This document shows, one piece after another, positions 50,850-64,000 of a stretch of DNA of 64,000 nucleotides. Source of the stretch: Callorhinchus milii (taxonomy: Eukaryota); assembly GCF_018977255.1 (NCBI RefSeq), contig NW_024704743.1:73286001-73350000 (forward strand). The letters are read 5' to 3'. The position numbers and the translations under genes are program-made. Under the pieces are notes generated by a model. The model was not told the DNA's origin. It made no database searches and saw only the letters and a program-made list of their open reading frames with translations. The stretch's first letter is position 1; each line of letters starts with the position of its first letter.

Positions 50850-51265
50850 CTAATCATCCTTGCATTTGATATGGTGCCTTACATGTCATTTGAGAAATCT
50901 CAAAGTGCTTCACAGGATTTTATTGTGGGGTGTGTAGACCATGTAGGCAAGCACGGTAGCCAATTTACAGAGCAGTGTCCCCAAAACAGTGTGCATCGAA
51001 TGAACAAATTTATCTGGAGGATTGTTGGCCAGAACACTGGGAGAAACTTGCTTTGCTTTTTGGATGGTGTCATTGGATCTATTGCATTCACCTGAACAAA
51101 TAGCAAATCCTCGGTTTAAAATCTCCTCCAAAGGACAGCACTTCTGACAATGCAGTGCTCTCCCAGGACTGTGCTGGAGTATTAGCCTATAATATGATCT
51201 TAAAGTCCTGACCTGGGGCTTGAAACCACAATCTCAGAGGCAAGAGTGCTGACACTGAGCCAGAC
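50850..51265 (-). mobile_element. Old SacSINE1-like SINE, full length
   Basis: Tail, Deu core, body and head all recognisable in the reverse complement. Confidence 0.82.
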
Positions 51266-52899
51266 CGACGTCAAAATGATGGTCTGGAGATAAATAATGG
51301 TGAAGTTGGAGAAGCCTTGGTCATCCAGCTCACAGACAGCCAATTAGCAGCATGTCAACTTTTGTCTTTTTTATATACTAACAAGCTGGCATCCTGCTGT
51401 CATGATACAAGCTTGTATCCTGCTGCCAGTTAATGGCCCCTGGCAGGAAGTCCAAAGCTGTGGAACCAGATTCTGCCATTCAATATGATAAATATCAAAG
51501 GATCTGCAAATAGGGGACTATTGGACTTTTAGAGAATAGACACTTGGTGTTTAGATTTAATTTTTCACAAATAATTCATGTTTGAACTCAAAGGTAAACG
51601 TGCGTTATCTCACGTTCTTCCCAAGGAATCAACTTCAGTCTTCTTAAAAATATCCTTCTCAATAACAACTGCTGAATTTTTGTTTTCAGTCTCACCTGTT
51701 CAATGTTTGCATAATACCATCTCAAGCAATAACGTTTTTTTCTTATGTGTAATTTGCTTTCACCTATATTCTTTATTCTTTTTCACATGTCATCTACGGG
51801 AGATAATTGATTATTCTACTGTTACAAAAAGTAATCCATTTTCATTGTTACTGCTATTTTCTCTATTTAATTATCTTTCATCGTAATTAATCAGTTTCAG
51901 AAACTAAAGTCCCTGCAGAAATGATACTTGGTGTTTAGATTAAATTCTTTTTTAGTGAAATCCATTGCATGTAGTCTTTAGAAAGACAACTTTCTATGAA
52001 GGTGTGGTCTCTATCGTCCTGGCCATGAAGAGGGCTCCTTCAGCTGAGCACACAGATGGATCTCATTGGTCAGATATTCTATTATCTCTTCAACTCTTAG
52101 GTAAGGTTAGTTTCACAAGCGTGCTCCAGGTGACCCAAATCAGCTCAGGTCACTTTCACAGGAATTATAACAATCTATCATATGAGATTCCTTGCAGAGA
52201 GAAACTATCTTTCACTGATTTCAAGGTCTATTTTCTGAAGTAGAAACATTTGTTCACTATAATAATATAATAATCCTTGCATTTGATACAGCACTTTTCA
52301 CGTCTTCTAGATCAATTGAATAGCGTTACAGCCAAGCAAATGCTTAAAAATACAAAAAACATAGAAATAACAGCCTACAAGAGGGCTATTCATCCCAGTG
52401 AGTCTGAGCTGGTGAGAATTCAGAAAAAGTGAAGCGGAGAAAATGCAGAGCCACCCCTCGCACACCAACAAACAGTCAGATCAATGGTTACGTAATAGTC
52501 ATTAATCTGATTGTTTTTCTTGATCCAGGAAAAGCATTTAATATATGAAGTGCTTGGATTGGAACATTCTAGTATAAAAGTAATATGGGTGCCAATAAAG
52601 ATTTTTTTTAGTTAGAACCATTCATTAAAATTAGTCCATTTAATTTCATCTTGAATCACTAATATCTTGATGAGCTTTTATACTCATCATGCACTAGTAC
52701 ATACTGTAGTTCAATATAGATTGTTCAAAATACATTCAGCCAAGTTTTGCCAGTTTTGTTGCATACCTCCTTGACAAAAGTCAATAATAATTTACTATTG
52801 AATGCAGTAGGAGTACGCCCTCATAACCTTTTTCTCGTAAGAACATTATTATGATTTGTGGAGGGAAAATGTCTTTCCACAGACTATACATAACCAATG

Positions 52900-53500
52900 G
52901 ATTCTGCATTACAGCATTTATTGTGATATATAGTGACTGTGTATTTTGAGGGTGAACGGGATGTGTACAGAGCAATGTTCCACACACAGCCATGAAGTGA
53001 ATGATCAATTGTATCTGGGGGATTGTTGGCACAATTGGGAGAAGTACTCTTTTCTTTTCAAATAGTGCCATGAGATCTCTAAAGTCCACATGAACAGGCA
53101 GATGGTACGTTTGGTTAATATCTCATCAAAGGACAGCATCACCAAAAATGCAGTGCTCCCCCAACACTGCATTGGAATGTTGGTCTGCATCAGGGGTGTC
53201 AAATTCATCCGACCACAAGAGCCATTTAAGTTAACGGTGTTCATTTGGTGGGCCGCACAGTAAAAAAGTTATACATAATACAATGTATACAAAATGTAAG
53301 CTGTCATTGACTTAATGAGATTGTCACTCATGCAATGCAGAATGCACAGATTTCCATATATGTCTTATATTCAAAAGAGGAGGGTTGGTTTAAATAAAAA
53401 TTCCAGTATACTATATTAATGTGAATTTAGAAACTAATTGGTGGGCTGCCAAATATCACCCCATGTTTGATACCCCTGGTCTAGATGATGAGCTTGAATA
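52900..53500 (-). mobile_element. Old SacSINE1-like SINE interrupted by a hAT MITE
   Basis: Body CAAAGGACAGCATC...CACTGCATTGGAATGTTGGTCT resumes GTCTAGATGATGAGCTTGA after the insert. Confidence 0.72.
53191..53478. mobile_element. hAT (Charlie-type) non-autonomous DNA transposon
   Basis: TIRs CAGGGGTGTCAAA / TTTGATACCCCTG; 8-bp TSD GTCTGCAT / GTCTAGAT (6 of 8 match). Confidence 0.85.
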
Positions 53501-54894
53501 CAGTATCAGGCCCTTTGAAGGCAGCAATTGGTTCATTTAGGTTATCTGATCAGTTCTGTCAAGACTTGGTTTAAATGTGCAGTTTCAATTTTGTTCAACG
53601 GTCCACATGGGTCGTAGATTCCTTTCTTAGATTCCTCATTTCTGTTTATCCAGCCATCACAATTATTCTCTGGTTTTAAATCTATATCTGGTCCCAACAT
53701 TCTGAATTTTTATTTGAAAAAGTGCTGCTTGATGCAAATGACCTAATGTTTTAACATCGGACATGGCCTCTTTAGTTATCAGTAATGCAGCAAGCTGCAG
53801 ACTGTAACTATTGATTTGCAAATCATGTACATCTTGAAAGACAAACCTCCACTTGAGTTTAGTCTTGGATTTTTTTTATATATTGAAGGTAAATTCTAAA
53901 TTCCACTTTATTACTTATCATGAGATCACTGCCGACAAAATACGTAGTCACTAGAATTTACAGTGAATCCTATGAAATGCTTTGATTCTTCCCCCTGACA
54001 TGAAAGGTGCAATATCAAATACAAGGATTATTATCCTGTCTGGTTCTAGTCCTATTTGAAGCTCCATTAGTTGAATTTATTACTAACAAAATTGAGTATA
54101 TTTCATAATATTAACCCATGAACTCTTCACATTTAGATAGGTTATTACAAATAGGAGATTTTCTATGAGGCATTTTTGTACCTCATGTCAGGTCTTGTTA
54201 ATGTGATTTTATCATTCCATATATCTTTGTATTGGAAAATCAAATGTCAACATCTTAGAATTTGAATTTATGATGTTAGAACATGTTCTTATCTTGTAAA
54301 AATAAAATATGAATGCTATGAATTATCCCATTTTATCCTACTTACTATTTAGATTTATTGTAGTCTCACCTGACATAAATTGACTTTTAGGGATTACAAA
54401 GAGAAACAAGCCCATTAATGCCTGAATTCTTGATTATTCAACTTGCTGCCAGATATAAGTAAGTGAATGACCCAGACATAAGTTTGCATTAGTATTTATG
54501 GCATCACTGGGAGTCATGATATTGATCTCAGCTCAATGTGTTTGCAGCCCTGTAATGTGAAAATCTATTCAGTAAAAGACAGAAAGTAAAATGGTTAGTC
54601 AGCTTTATGTAGTGAAAATGAACTTTTTATGGTGCTTCATTTTTATAGCGTCTTACCATAAGCAACCACTGTCAAATGTACTGACAATTTTTGTAGACAA
54701 ATACTGCACTCATTTCTGCTTGCGATGTCTAACAAATAGACATGAACCACCTTTTCACAGGTATCATATTGTTCCTCCTCAAAGCAAATAGTCAAAGTAT
54801 AAAATATCAATATTATTGACCTGAAACACCATCAATATCCTCATCTAAAATTGTGAGCATATATACTGAAGAAATCAAATTACCTTTATTAAAT

Positions 54895-55325
54895 TAGTAT
54901 TACGATATCCTTGCGTATGATATAACACCTTTCACATTGGATAAACCTCTCAAAATGGTTCACAGGATTACTGTAAATTGGAATGGATGTGTATTGTAAG
55001 CAAACGTGGGTGTCTATTTTGCACACAGAAATATTCCACAAGCAATGAAGCAAATCACCAATTTTATTTGGGGGATTGTTGGCCAGGACAGTGGGAAAAA
55101 CTTCCTTCTTTTTTCAAGTAGTTTCATCTGATCTTAAACATCCACTTGAACAGTCGAGATCTCAGTTTGACACCTCATCCAAAGGACAGCACTTCAACAA
55201 GGCAACAACCTCCCAGCACTGAATTGGAGTATCAGTCAGACTATGAGTTCAAATCCTGACATAGGGTTTCAAACGCATCCCTCTGAGTCAGAGGTGAAAT
55301 TGCTATCAATTGAGCCAGACTAACA
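54895..55325 (-). mobile_element. Old SacSINE1-like SINE, full length
   Basis: Aligns with the 50850-51265 copy. Confidence 0.8.
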
Positions 55326-55574
55326 CCTAGAGTGTAAACTTTAACAATCTCAAAAGATTTAGTTATTGTGTTTCAACACAAATGTTTGATATCATTATGA
55401 TTTAATTTGGATTTTCAAACTGTTTGCTCCATGAAGTAATGAGTTACTTTCTTAACCTGCCTTTCTGACCACACGTATAGTCACCTCCCCCTTCCACCCT
55501 CTCCCCTCCCCCCTACATCCATCCCTGTCAATATAAACCCTCTGAGATGTTAGTTTACATGAAAGGTGCTAAAT

Positions 55575-55950
55575 AAGTGTCAGCTATCACATCCTGGATG
55601 AGATCAAACTTTCTACAGTTAATTGTCAACAAGATTGAGGTTTTCCTGCTTGGCTCCCATCAGCTCTTTCTTACCTCAGCCTCTGACCACATCAGCCTGC
55701 ATGGATTCTCATTATACCTCACAGAGAGGGTGTGGATCCTCAGTGTTTTATATGATTCCCCAGCTGTCTTCAAACTATACATCCGGGTTCCCACTTGCTC
55801 AGCTTTCCCTCACCTTTGCAAATTTGCTCGTCTCTACCAGCCACGATCTTACCCTCCCCTCTTCCCCCACCCCCCACACACACAACCCCTTCATCATGAC
55901 CAAGTTCAATTATTCCAATTATTGCAATGCCCTTACTTGTTGGACTCTCT
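55575..55950 (+). mobile_element. Degraded L2 ORF2 fragment
   Basis: SAITSWMRSNFLQLIVNKIEVFLLGS. Confidence 0.8.
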
Positions 55951-56479
55951 AGCACCACCCTAAACAAGATGCACACCTTTCAGAGCCTGGGCTCTCAGTC
56001 AGTGAAGCAGTTTGAGGTGTTCTTCTGATGTTAAAGCTGCTGTATAAATGTAAATTGTTGTTGCTCTTCATACTGTTTGGACAGAGTTGGCAAATGTCAC
56101 GACCTCCACTATCCACCCACTCACCCACTATTAGATTTCTTTATGGTTTTGCTTTTTTATCCCAAGCATAGATTACTTTTGCTTCCTATTTTGACTTCCA
56201 TATGCAGACTGTGCATTTATCTGTATTGAACTGCAGGGCATACCCTGCTGAGCTCTCTTAGTAAGATATTGGCTGCCTCCCTGGATTTAAGAGTCTTCAT
56301 GTGTTAATGTCTTCTGCAAATGCAGATATCTTGGTCTGACTGAAAATCCAGCTCATTATTTGTATTATGGAACAGAAGAGGTCGCAGCATGAATAGGAAA
56401 CACATTTACTTCATGGGTGGGTTAAAACTTGCCAAGGGAAGCTAGAATAGATCTAGGGGTGTTGGTTGATTTGTTGCTC

Positions 56480-56930
56480 ACAATGTCAAAATAGTGTGAG
56501 AGCAATAGACAAAGCAGACGGGATACTGGGTTTTATTGCTAAATTAGTTTAGATTCGCAGATGTCATATAATCAAGCTGTACAGTTCTTTGATCAAGCCA
56601 CATGTAGAATACTGGGTACAGTTTTGGTCCCGATAACATAAGGGAGCTGCCTGCCCAGGCCCCAGAGACAGTGTAGAGAAGACAAATATGGATGATCCCC
56701 ATTGTTAGAGGAATGAGCTATAAGCATTGATTAGACAAGCTGGGGCTCTTCAGTCTTGAGAGAAGATGACTCAGAGGGAGCCTTAAACATTTTTAAATGG
56801 GATTGAAAAAGTAAACCTAGAACAATAATTTAGGATGCATCAAGATAGTAGATCAAGAGGATATAGGTTTAGAGTTACAAAGGGCAATTTCAAGACAGCT
56901 ATCAGGAATATTTTCTTTACCCAGAGGAGA
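56480..56930 (+). mobile_element. Degraded CR1 ORF2 3' fragment
   Basis: AGAATACTGGGTACAGTTTTGGTCCC (EY-VQFWS) and CTCTTCAGTCTTGAGAGAAGATGACTCAGAGG (LFSLERR-LRG). Confidence 0.75.
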
Positions 56931-58494
56931 ATTAACTAATATTGGGATCTTATTATCTTATTAGCCTGAGATATCCAATTCCCTCATCCCTTTCAACCCA
57001 GCTACTCTGTGCTTTCATCCTTTCTAGCCAGTTACTGCACTCTGAGACACTGCCCCGTGTGAGGGCACTATATAAATGCAAGATGCTGTTGTTATTAAAA
57101 CACATCCATATGAATCCCTGGATTAACAGGACCAGAATTATGTGTATAAATGCCATTGCAGTACCACTTCAATTTGCCCTGATTGGTTGGGTTCTTTTCT
57201 GATAAAGGAATAACATTGCACATTTATTGAAATGAGGTGCAAATATAGCTCGCTACAAAGCAACATCACAAATTTTGTCTGGTGGTGGCAGAACAGAAAT
57301 AAAATTTATCTTGAGTGTTGTGACAGAGGGAGATTGTCCCTATTGGCATCAGAATGCTGAAATGCAGAGACTACAATCAGTATGTCTCTGCTTATGCATA
57401 AGTGAATCATTGAAGCTCATTACTTAAGTTTAGAAGGCTCGGAGTTGCTGTCTTTGCTATTATGGTTGTTGTGTGAAAGTGTCATTCTGGGACCAATAGC
57501 AATGTTGGGAAACTGGAACAGAATGTTTAATTACAGCAGATGCCAGAGAGATAATGAAAAACAAAAAGATTTAGAGTAGAGCACACACAAAAAACTACAC
57601 AGCGAACTACGTAGTCTCATTACAGGCTACATACAGCAACAGCCACTAGGAGTCAGACACTTGTGCTGTGAGAACAATATAATTGACCCAGAGGAAAATT
57701 ATAACAGTAATTAATAACTATTAACAGTGAAACATTGACCATAAGATTAGTAATATAGTGCTGTTCAAAATATGAGCCTGGGGTATTGAAGTAAGGTTCA
57801 TTTTGAGGATATTTTGAAAGTATCAACAATTGGCTTTATAAAATCAATAGGAAAAATCACATTGAATGGATGATCTTTGTTTACTTTTGTTTCCTGATTA
57901 TTAAAATAGTAAAGATAAAATAATTTAATAAACACTAAAGTAAATACTTTTATTTAATAATTTGTATTTTTTTCAAGGTCAATATTTTCTGCGAATGTAT
58001 TTCTGTAAAACACCAAGCATCAAGCTTATTTTTGAATTAATGTTGTGTTTGCAAGGTAGATCAGAGCTGAAATCTGACCTCCAACACACAATGCTTGTGT
58101 TGATTTAAAGTGTTCCAAATTAGTGCTGGTGTCAACAATGTCCATCTCAGGAGTTCACTTCGTGACTACTGCTGATTCAGACACATTCCTATATGCTTTG
58201 TGAACTAATCTTGGATGTAAGCGGTCATAGCAGGACCAGCTATTATTGTCTATTCCTTATTGAATGGCCATTTCAGGGGGTGTTAAGGATAATGTGCTAT
58301 GAGACTGGAGTTAGATGCAGACGAGAATGGCAGATTTACTTCACTGAAGGATATTAGTGAACGAGCTGTTTTCACAGTCATGTGGCCATTTTTCTGGTAC
58401 TAGATGAAATTACAGCATTTTTGAACTTTAAATTACACAACTGCATTTTGTCTCTATTTAGTCTGTTTTCTCTTTCACTTTTGAACCTTGGTAC

Positions 58495-58870
58495 AACAGC
58501 AACTTGAATTTATATTGCGTTTTTCATGTAAAACAATGTTTTTATGAGGTTTTGCAAGGTAGAATGAGAGAAAGGCAACGTGGTTTTGAAAGAGAATTCC
58601 AGAGACAGAAGCAAGTTGGTTGAAGTATTGGCTATTGATGGTGGAGTGAACATAGTGAGCAACAGTTCATGGTTTGAAGGGCGGAAGGTATACACTGGAA
58701 TGTTGTACTGTAGAAGATTGCATCAAATGAGGCAAGATGATGAAGGAATTTGAAGACCAGAAGAAGCATCTTAAACTCAATCCTCAGAAGCTGGTGGTTA
58801 TGAAGTGAGGGATGTGTGGAGCCTTATGCTGGAGAGAAGTCAGGCTGCTGAGTTCTGGATCCGTTAAAGT
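58495..58870 (-). mobile_element. Old L2 3' fragment
   Basis: CAACAGCAACTTGAATTTATATTGCG tail on + strand and GCTGCTGAGTTCTGGAT (antisense IQNSAA). Confidence 0.65.
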
Positions 58871-60570
58871 TTCTGAAGAGTGAAAAGAGCTAGGAAAAGA
58901 ATTGGAAGCACCTATATTTCAAGATGGTAAAAGTAGAAGGGGTTTCAGGAACAATAGGCATAAATAGGTAACTTTCTGGAAGTGGAAGATTGATTACTTG
59001 TGTCAAAAGCAGTTTTACACGGACTGGTAGCCTTTAGTAAAAGGATCAATAATAACATCCAAATCCTTTTCCTTCTCCTCTGCTGCTAATAAAGATCCCT
59101 TCATCACTTACAAACATTCACTGATTCTTGTTTCAATATACATTACCCAACATTTTTCTATGTTAAAATTCCTCTGCCACTCCTTTATCTGCGTAATTGA
59201 CTCAGATCTTCTTGAATGTGGATTATCTTTCTTCTATCAGTCACCAAGCAAGAAAGTTTAGCATCATCAGCTAACTTTATAAATATTATAAGAAATATGT
59301 TGATTATAAATAGTATAAAATAACAAGAATAAGAATCAGAAGAATGATGCTAAGACCGGCAAAGTTTCATTTCAAAGTCCTAGAGATGTCAAACAATATC
59401 AATTTGTCCATAAGGGATTTATTTAGATGGTTGTTTCAAGGCAATTTTCCACAAAATACTGTTTCATTCTAAGTCTTCTCAATGTTAAGCCATGAATGGG
59501 GTGCCTCTTTTGGATTAGATTTCTGCAAGTTTAGTAGATAACAGAAAACTGCAAGTATTTTCTGTTCTGGATTGGTATTTGCTTTAGTAACAAATACAAG
59601 AGTATCATAATGCTACTTCACATAGATAAAAGCAACAGATTTAGTGGGCAGTAGAAACCGATAAGGAGTACTCAACCCGTCAAGCTGTCAGTTTACAGTG
59701 AAGCAAACCTCACTGTAGATGTTATCTCTCACTACTTGGTTGATACAGGTACTGTGTTAACTAAAGTTATTTTCAGGCAGCAGAGATAAGGACAGCAATC
59801 ATTTTTAATATTTCTGAGTTCTGACAAACCCTCTAGAATTGTTGGCTTTATGTCTGCCAATGCTTAGTATTTAGTTTCATAGCTAAATGTTTTTATTTCT
59901 TTTGGAACAGTTCTGCCTATTGCATAATGTTAAATGAAACAATGTCAATTCCAATGTATCTCAATATGAACTGGCAACCTGAACAGGTGATCTATTTTGT
60001 GTTTTAGCAATAAATCCATAACCTTTCCTAATCTGTGGAGTTAATATACTGTATTACGAGAAAATATCAGCTGTTAAGTGAAACATTTAATTCAGATGTT
60101 ACATTAGATTATAATTTAACCAGAGTACACTCTTGTAAGATGCTGACAAAACCCATTCTTAATCTTTTCAATGTAATTTTTGTTCCCATTACAGTATTAT
60201 GGTGTTATTCTTTTTTATGCATCTTCTGTGCAATTGCACTATTCTACAACCTAAGAGCAGATAAGTGGCCTAAACACAGATCTGTGACAACATTACGCTT
60301 AATCTGATAATAGAAATCGCACTCAATGTGCCTGGGTAATTTACCTCCTGTTTCTCTCCCTTCCTAAACATTGCTCCAGGCCTCTCTAGAGCCTTGAGCA
60401 ATGCCAGAAGGTGGGATGGGAGGCCCTCCAATAGACCAGAGGCCTCAGTGATGCATCTGAGCATGTCCGCCCAATCTCTGACACCCCCACCAGTCACGGC
60501 ATAAAGTGGAAGCCTTCTGAGGCAAGATGCCACCTTATAGGACTAGTTATCCAATCAATTTTACATTGAT

Positions 60571-60776
60571 TAATCCAAAACCAAAAACAATAATAAATTG
60601 GTCATTTTCAATCTACGACTGTTTGTGGGACATTGCTGTGCGCAATTGGCTGCCGCGTTCGCCCAAAAATATACAGTCAACTCACTCTACAGTGTGTTCT
60701 GTGAAGCGCTTTGGGACGTCCTCCCGACGTGAAAAGCGCTATATCAAATGCGAGGATTATTATTATTATTATTATT
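60571..60776 (+). mobile_element. SINE subfamily A, 5'-truncated (no tRNA head)
   Basis: Core and tail near-identical to the 9705 copy. Confidence 0.9.
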
Positions 60777-61777
60777 GTAAGTACTTACATGTTAAGCAGA
60801 GTTCATTATTAACATGTTTCATGGGAAGCAGCTGGAATATTGATAGCATGACTACTTAAGTGGTGGTGACTAGTTAAGCCAGTGTCTTTTTATAAGGAGT
60901 TTACTGTCCATAGTCACTGGAGTTTATAGTTTACAGCTCTCTGTGAAGAGCTTTCAGACGTGAAAGACACAACATCAAATGTAATGATTATTCTTATTTA
61001 CCTTCCTTCTAATTATACAATACAATTTACATTTATATAGCACCCAATGCCCCAAAGAGCTTAACAGTACTGGCCAGAGGTGAGGATAGAAGCCAAGGAG
61101 TATGTGCAAAGGAAAGATGACTGAAAGCACAATCAAACATTTAGGTCTTGAGATGGACCTTGAATTAGGTGAGGGGGCTAGTGGATTGGAGGGATTCTGG
61201 GATGGGTACCAGAGAGTGGTTACAGAAAGCCAGAAAGCATGCCCATGCCCACTGCTGGCGGGGCGGATAGATCGGGGGGGGGGGGGTTCGAAGCGACAGG
61301 ATGGGTCAATAGGGTTTTAGTAGGTCACATAGGGTAGGTAAAGAGGAGAAAAGAAAATTATGGTTGTCTCGTGTTGAAATTTTGCTCTTACATTTTAAGC
61401 TACATTTCTAACTCCCTGTGTTCCAATCCAAGTCAAGAGCTCAAATACATTGGGACATGAAATGCGTTTCATGCAGTTGACCCCTTGTATGTCTCATGGA
61501 CTTGCAGAAACTTGCCTATGATATGAGATTGCCTCAGAGCTGAGTTTTTGGGAGGCAAGGTAATATAAGGGGGTTTAAAGTCACACTTTAAATCTCAAGG
61601 TTTATTCTGAAACCTTAAGATGAAACCTTAACACTTAAGATGAACACTTAAGATGAACCCCATTAACATATCTAATTACAATTAAAAGGAATGAAGGTGG
61701 CCTGGGTTGCTCCTATAATATGTGAAAGAGCAAAACAGTAACCATTATACCTAAAAATTTTACATTTTTGTATATAA

Positions 61778-62305
61778 CAACACAACTACAACAAATTGCA
61801 CTTGTATAATGCCCTTCACGTCGGAAAGAAGTCTCAGGGGTTTTGGACCCGAGTCGGGGTCAGATGGGGAAGAAGGCGATGGGGGAGGGGGTAGGAGTGG
61901 GAGGCTAGCAGATCAAAGAGAAGGTATTCAGACAGGACTTGAAGGAAGCAAGAGAAGGGGTGAGGCGGAGGGATTATGGGATAGAGTTCCAGAGTGTGGG
62001 GGCAGAAATGCTGAATCCCTGATGGTGGGGCGGGAAGTGCGGGGGACCTGAAGCAGGCTGATATGGGGTTATGAGTTCAGAGAGGTAGGGGGAGGGGAGC
62101 AAGACCGTGGAGGGCCTTGAAGGTAAGAACAAGGGTTTTGTACTCGATTCTCTGAGGAATGGGGAGCTAGTCAAGCCGGGCAAGAACAAGGGTGATAGGT
62201 TCTCAGAGCATGGTGCAGGAGAGGACACGAGCCACAAAGTTCTGAATAATCTGCAGCTTGTGGAGGGAAGAGTTGGGAAGTCCAGTGAGCAGGCAGTTGG
62301 CCTAA
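61778..62305 (-). mobile_element. L2 3' fragment
   Basis: Antisense of LQIIQN..ARVL, PYLSELITPYQP and APTLWNS; (CAA)n tail on + strand. Confidence 0.85.
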
Positions 62306-62471
62306 TCAAGCCAACTCAATATAGTCAATTGATGATTTCAAAAATGAGGTTTGCAATAAAGGAGCTGAATAATTATTAATAACTATGTCCCAAGTGGAGG
62401 GGACCTGACTTTTTTGGCAATCAAACCTTACTTAATGAAATATAACATTGCAGGAAGAGTCATTAAGTAAA

Positions 62472-63402
62472 AATGACCTGGACGTGGGTATAGGGAGTAC
62501 AATTTCCAAGTTTGCAGATACTAAGCTAGGAAAAGTAGTAAACAGTGAGGAGGATAGTAGTAGACTGCAAATGGACATAGACAGACTGGTAAAATGGGCC
62601 GACACGTGGCAGATGAGGTTTAATGTGGAGAAATGTGAAGTGATGCATTTTGGGAGGAAGAATGAGGAGAGGCAATAGAAGCTGATGGTACAATCCTAAA
62701 GGGGTGAAGGAACACAGAGACCGGGGGGTCATATACGTAAATCTCTGAGGCATACGGGATACTAGACTTTATACATTGGGGCATAGAATACAAAATTCAA
62801 GAAGTTATGATGAACCTTTATAAAACATTGGTTAGGCCTCAGCTCGAGTACTGTGTTCAGTTCTGGGCCCCACACTTTAGGAAGGATATCAAGGCAGTGG
62901 AGAGGGTGCAAAGGAGATTTACCAGGATGGTACCAGGAATGAGGGACTTCAGTTATCAGGAGAGGCTGCAGAAGCTAGGATTATTCTCCTTGGAGCAGAA
63001 AAGGTTAAGTGGAGACTTAATAGAAGTTTTTAAAATTATGAGGGGTTCGATAGGGTGAAGAGAAGATTAACTATTTCCACTGGTGTGTGGGTCAGTAACC
63101 CGAGGACACTGATTTAAAATAGTTGTTAAAAGAAACGGGGAAGTGAGGGGAGATTTTTTCACACAGCGAGTTGTTTGGATCTGGAATGCATTGCCTGAAA
63201 GGGGGGTGGAAGCCAATTCGATAACAGCTTTTAATGGAGTAGTAGATAATTATTTTGGGAGCACAAGTTTGCAGGGTTCTGGGGAGAAAGCAGGGGAAGT
63301 GAGATTGAATTGGATAGCTCTTTTCAAATAGCCGGTACAGACACGATGGGCTGAATGGCCTCCTTCCGTGCTGTATAATTCTATGGTTCTATGATTCTAT
63401 GA
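62472..63402 (+). mobile_element. CR1 LINE, 5'-truncated, frameshifted
   Basis: NDLDVGIGSTISKFADTKLG...WQMRFNVEKCEVMHFG; LYKTLVRPQLEYCVQFWAP; FTQRVV.IWNALP; (TTCTATGA)n tail. Confidence 0.95.
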
Positions 63403-63417
63403 AAAGCTATTGATGTC

Positions 63418-63820
63418 ATCTTGGCTTAGTTGGTAGCACTCTCTCCTCTTGTGCAGAAGGCTGTGAGTTCAAACTCCTCCCATCCCCCCATGTTGGAACT
63501 TTGAACTCATAAGTCGAGGCTGAGACTCCAGTGCAGTGCTGGAGTTGTGCTGCACTGTTGCAAGTGTGCTTTAGATGAAATGTTAAACTGAGGTCCTGTT
63601 TGCCTGTGGACATTAAAGAACCCAAGGCACTAATTGAAAAGAGAAGAGAGGTTCTGGCCAACAATCTCCCATGTAAATTTGGTCATTAACTTCATGCTTG
63701 ATGTGGGACATTGCTGGAGAAATTGGTTGCCATGTTTGTTTACAAAATGTGTGATCACTACAATTTACAGTAAATCCTTTGAAACGCTTTGAAACTACTT
63801 CCCAATACAAGGATTATTAT
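63418..63820 (+). mobile_element. Old SacSINE1-like SINE
   Basis: TTGGTAGCACTCTC...GAAGGCTGTGAGTTCAAA head; GTGGGACATTGCTG...AATTGGTTGCC core; AAGGATTATTAT tail. Confidence 0.8.
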
Positions 63821-64000
63821 CAACAAACTGATGTGAAAATGCTCAGAATATATTGAAATGATTAACCTTGTTATTAAAACCAGTGTGTTTGTTTGTTGGA
63901 TGTCTTGTGACTACTGCATCTAATGAATGAGAATTACACCTAAATTCCGCAGTTAATAAAAGTCCCAAAAGGTTATTTTTTAAATTTAATTTTGGGCTAT

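Noticed and set aside
58200..58440. Possible degraded shark-type SINE on the minus strand
   Set aside because: Only a recalled resemblance (GGCCATTTCAG, GGCAGATTT, ATTAGTGAAC); single copy here and too decayed to bound.

Overview
AT-rich, CpG-poor, repeat-dense vertebrate DNA. The repeat content (Deu-core SINEs, L2, CR1 with (TTCTATGA)n tail, palindromic Penelope-type elements) points to a cartilaginous fish, possibly a holocephalan such as Callorhinchus; this is inference. I recognise no intact host protein-coding gene, so the window reads as a large intron or gene desert. The recognisable ORFs in the track are LINE reverse-transcriptase remnants or chance frames through SINEs. Main content: about 14 young tRNA-Ala-headed Deu-core SINEs in two subfamilies, about 9 older SacSINE1-like copies, many L2 and CR1 3' fragments, a 919-bp solo LTR inside an L2, a hAT/Charlie-type MITE and a palindromic MITE. 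The most notable items are three inverted-repeat Penelope-like elements with degenerate hammerhead ribozyme cores and six copies of a poly(A)-ended repeat family I cannot name. There are also local duplications, a minisatellite and several repeat-free enhancer-like stretches. Boundaries of old, degraded repeats are approximate.
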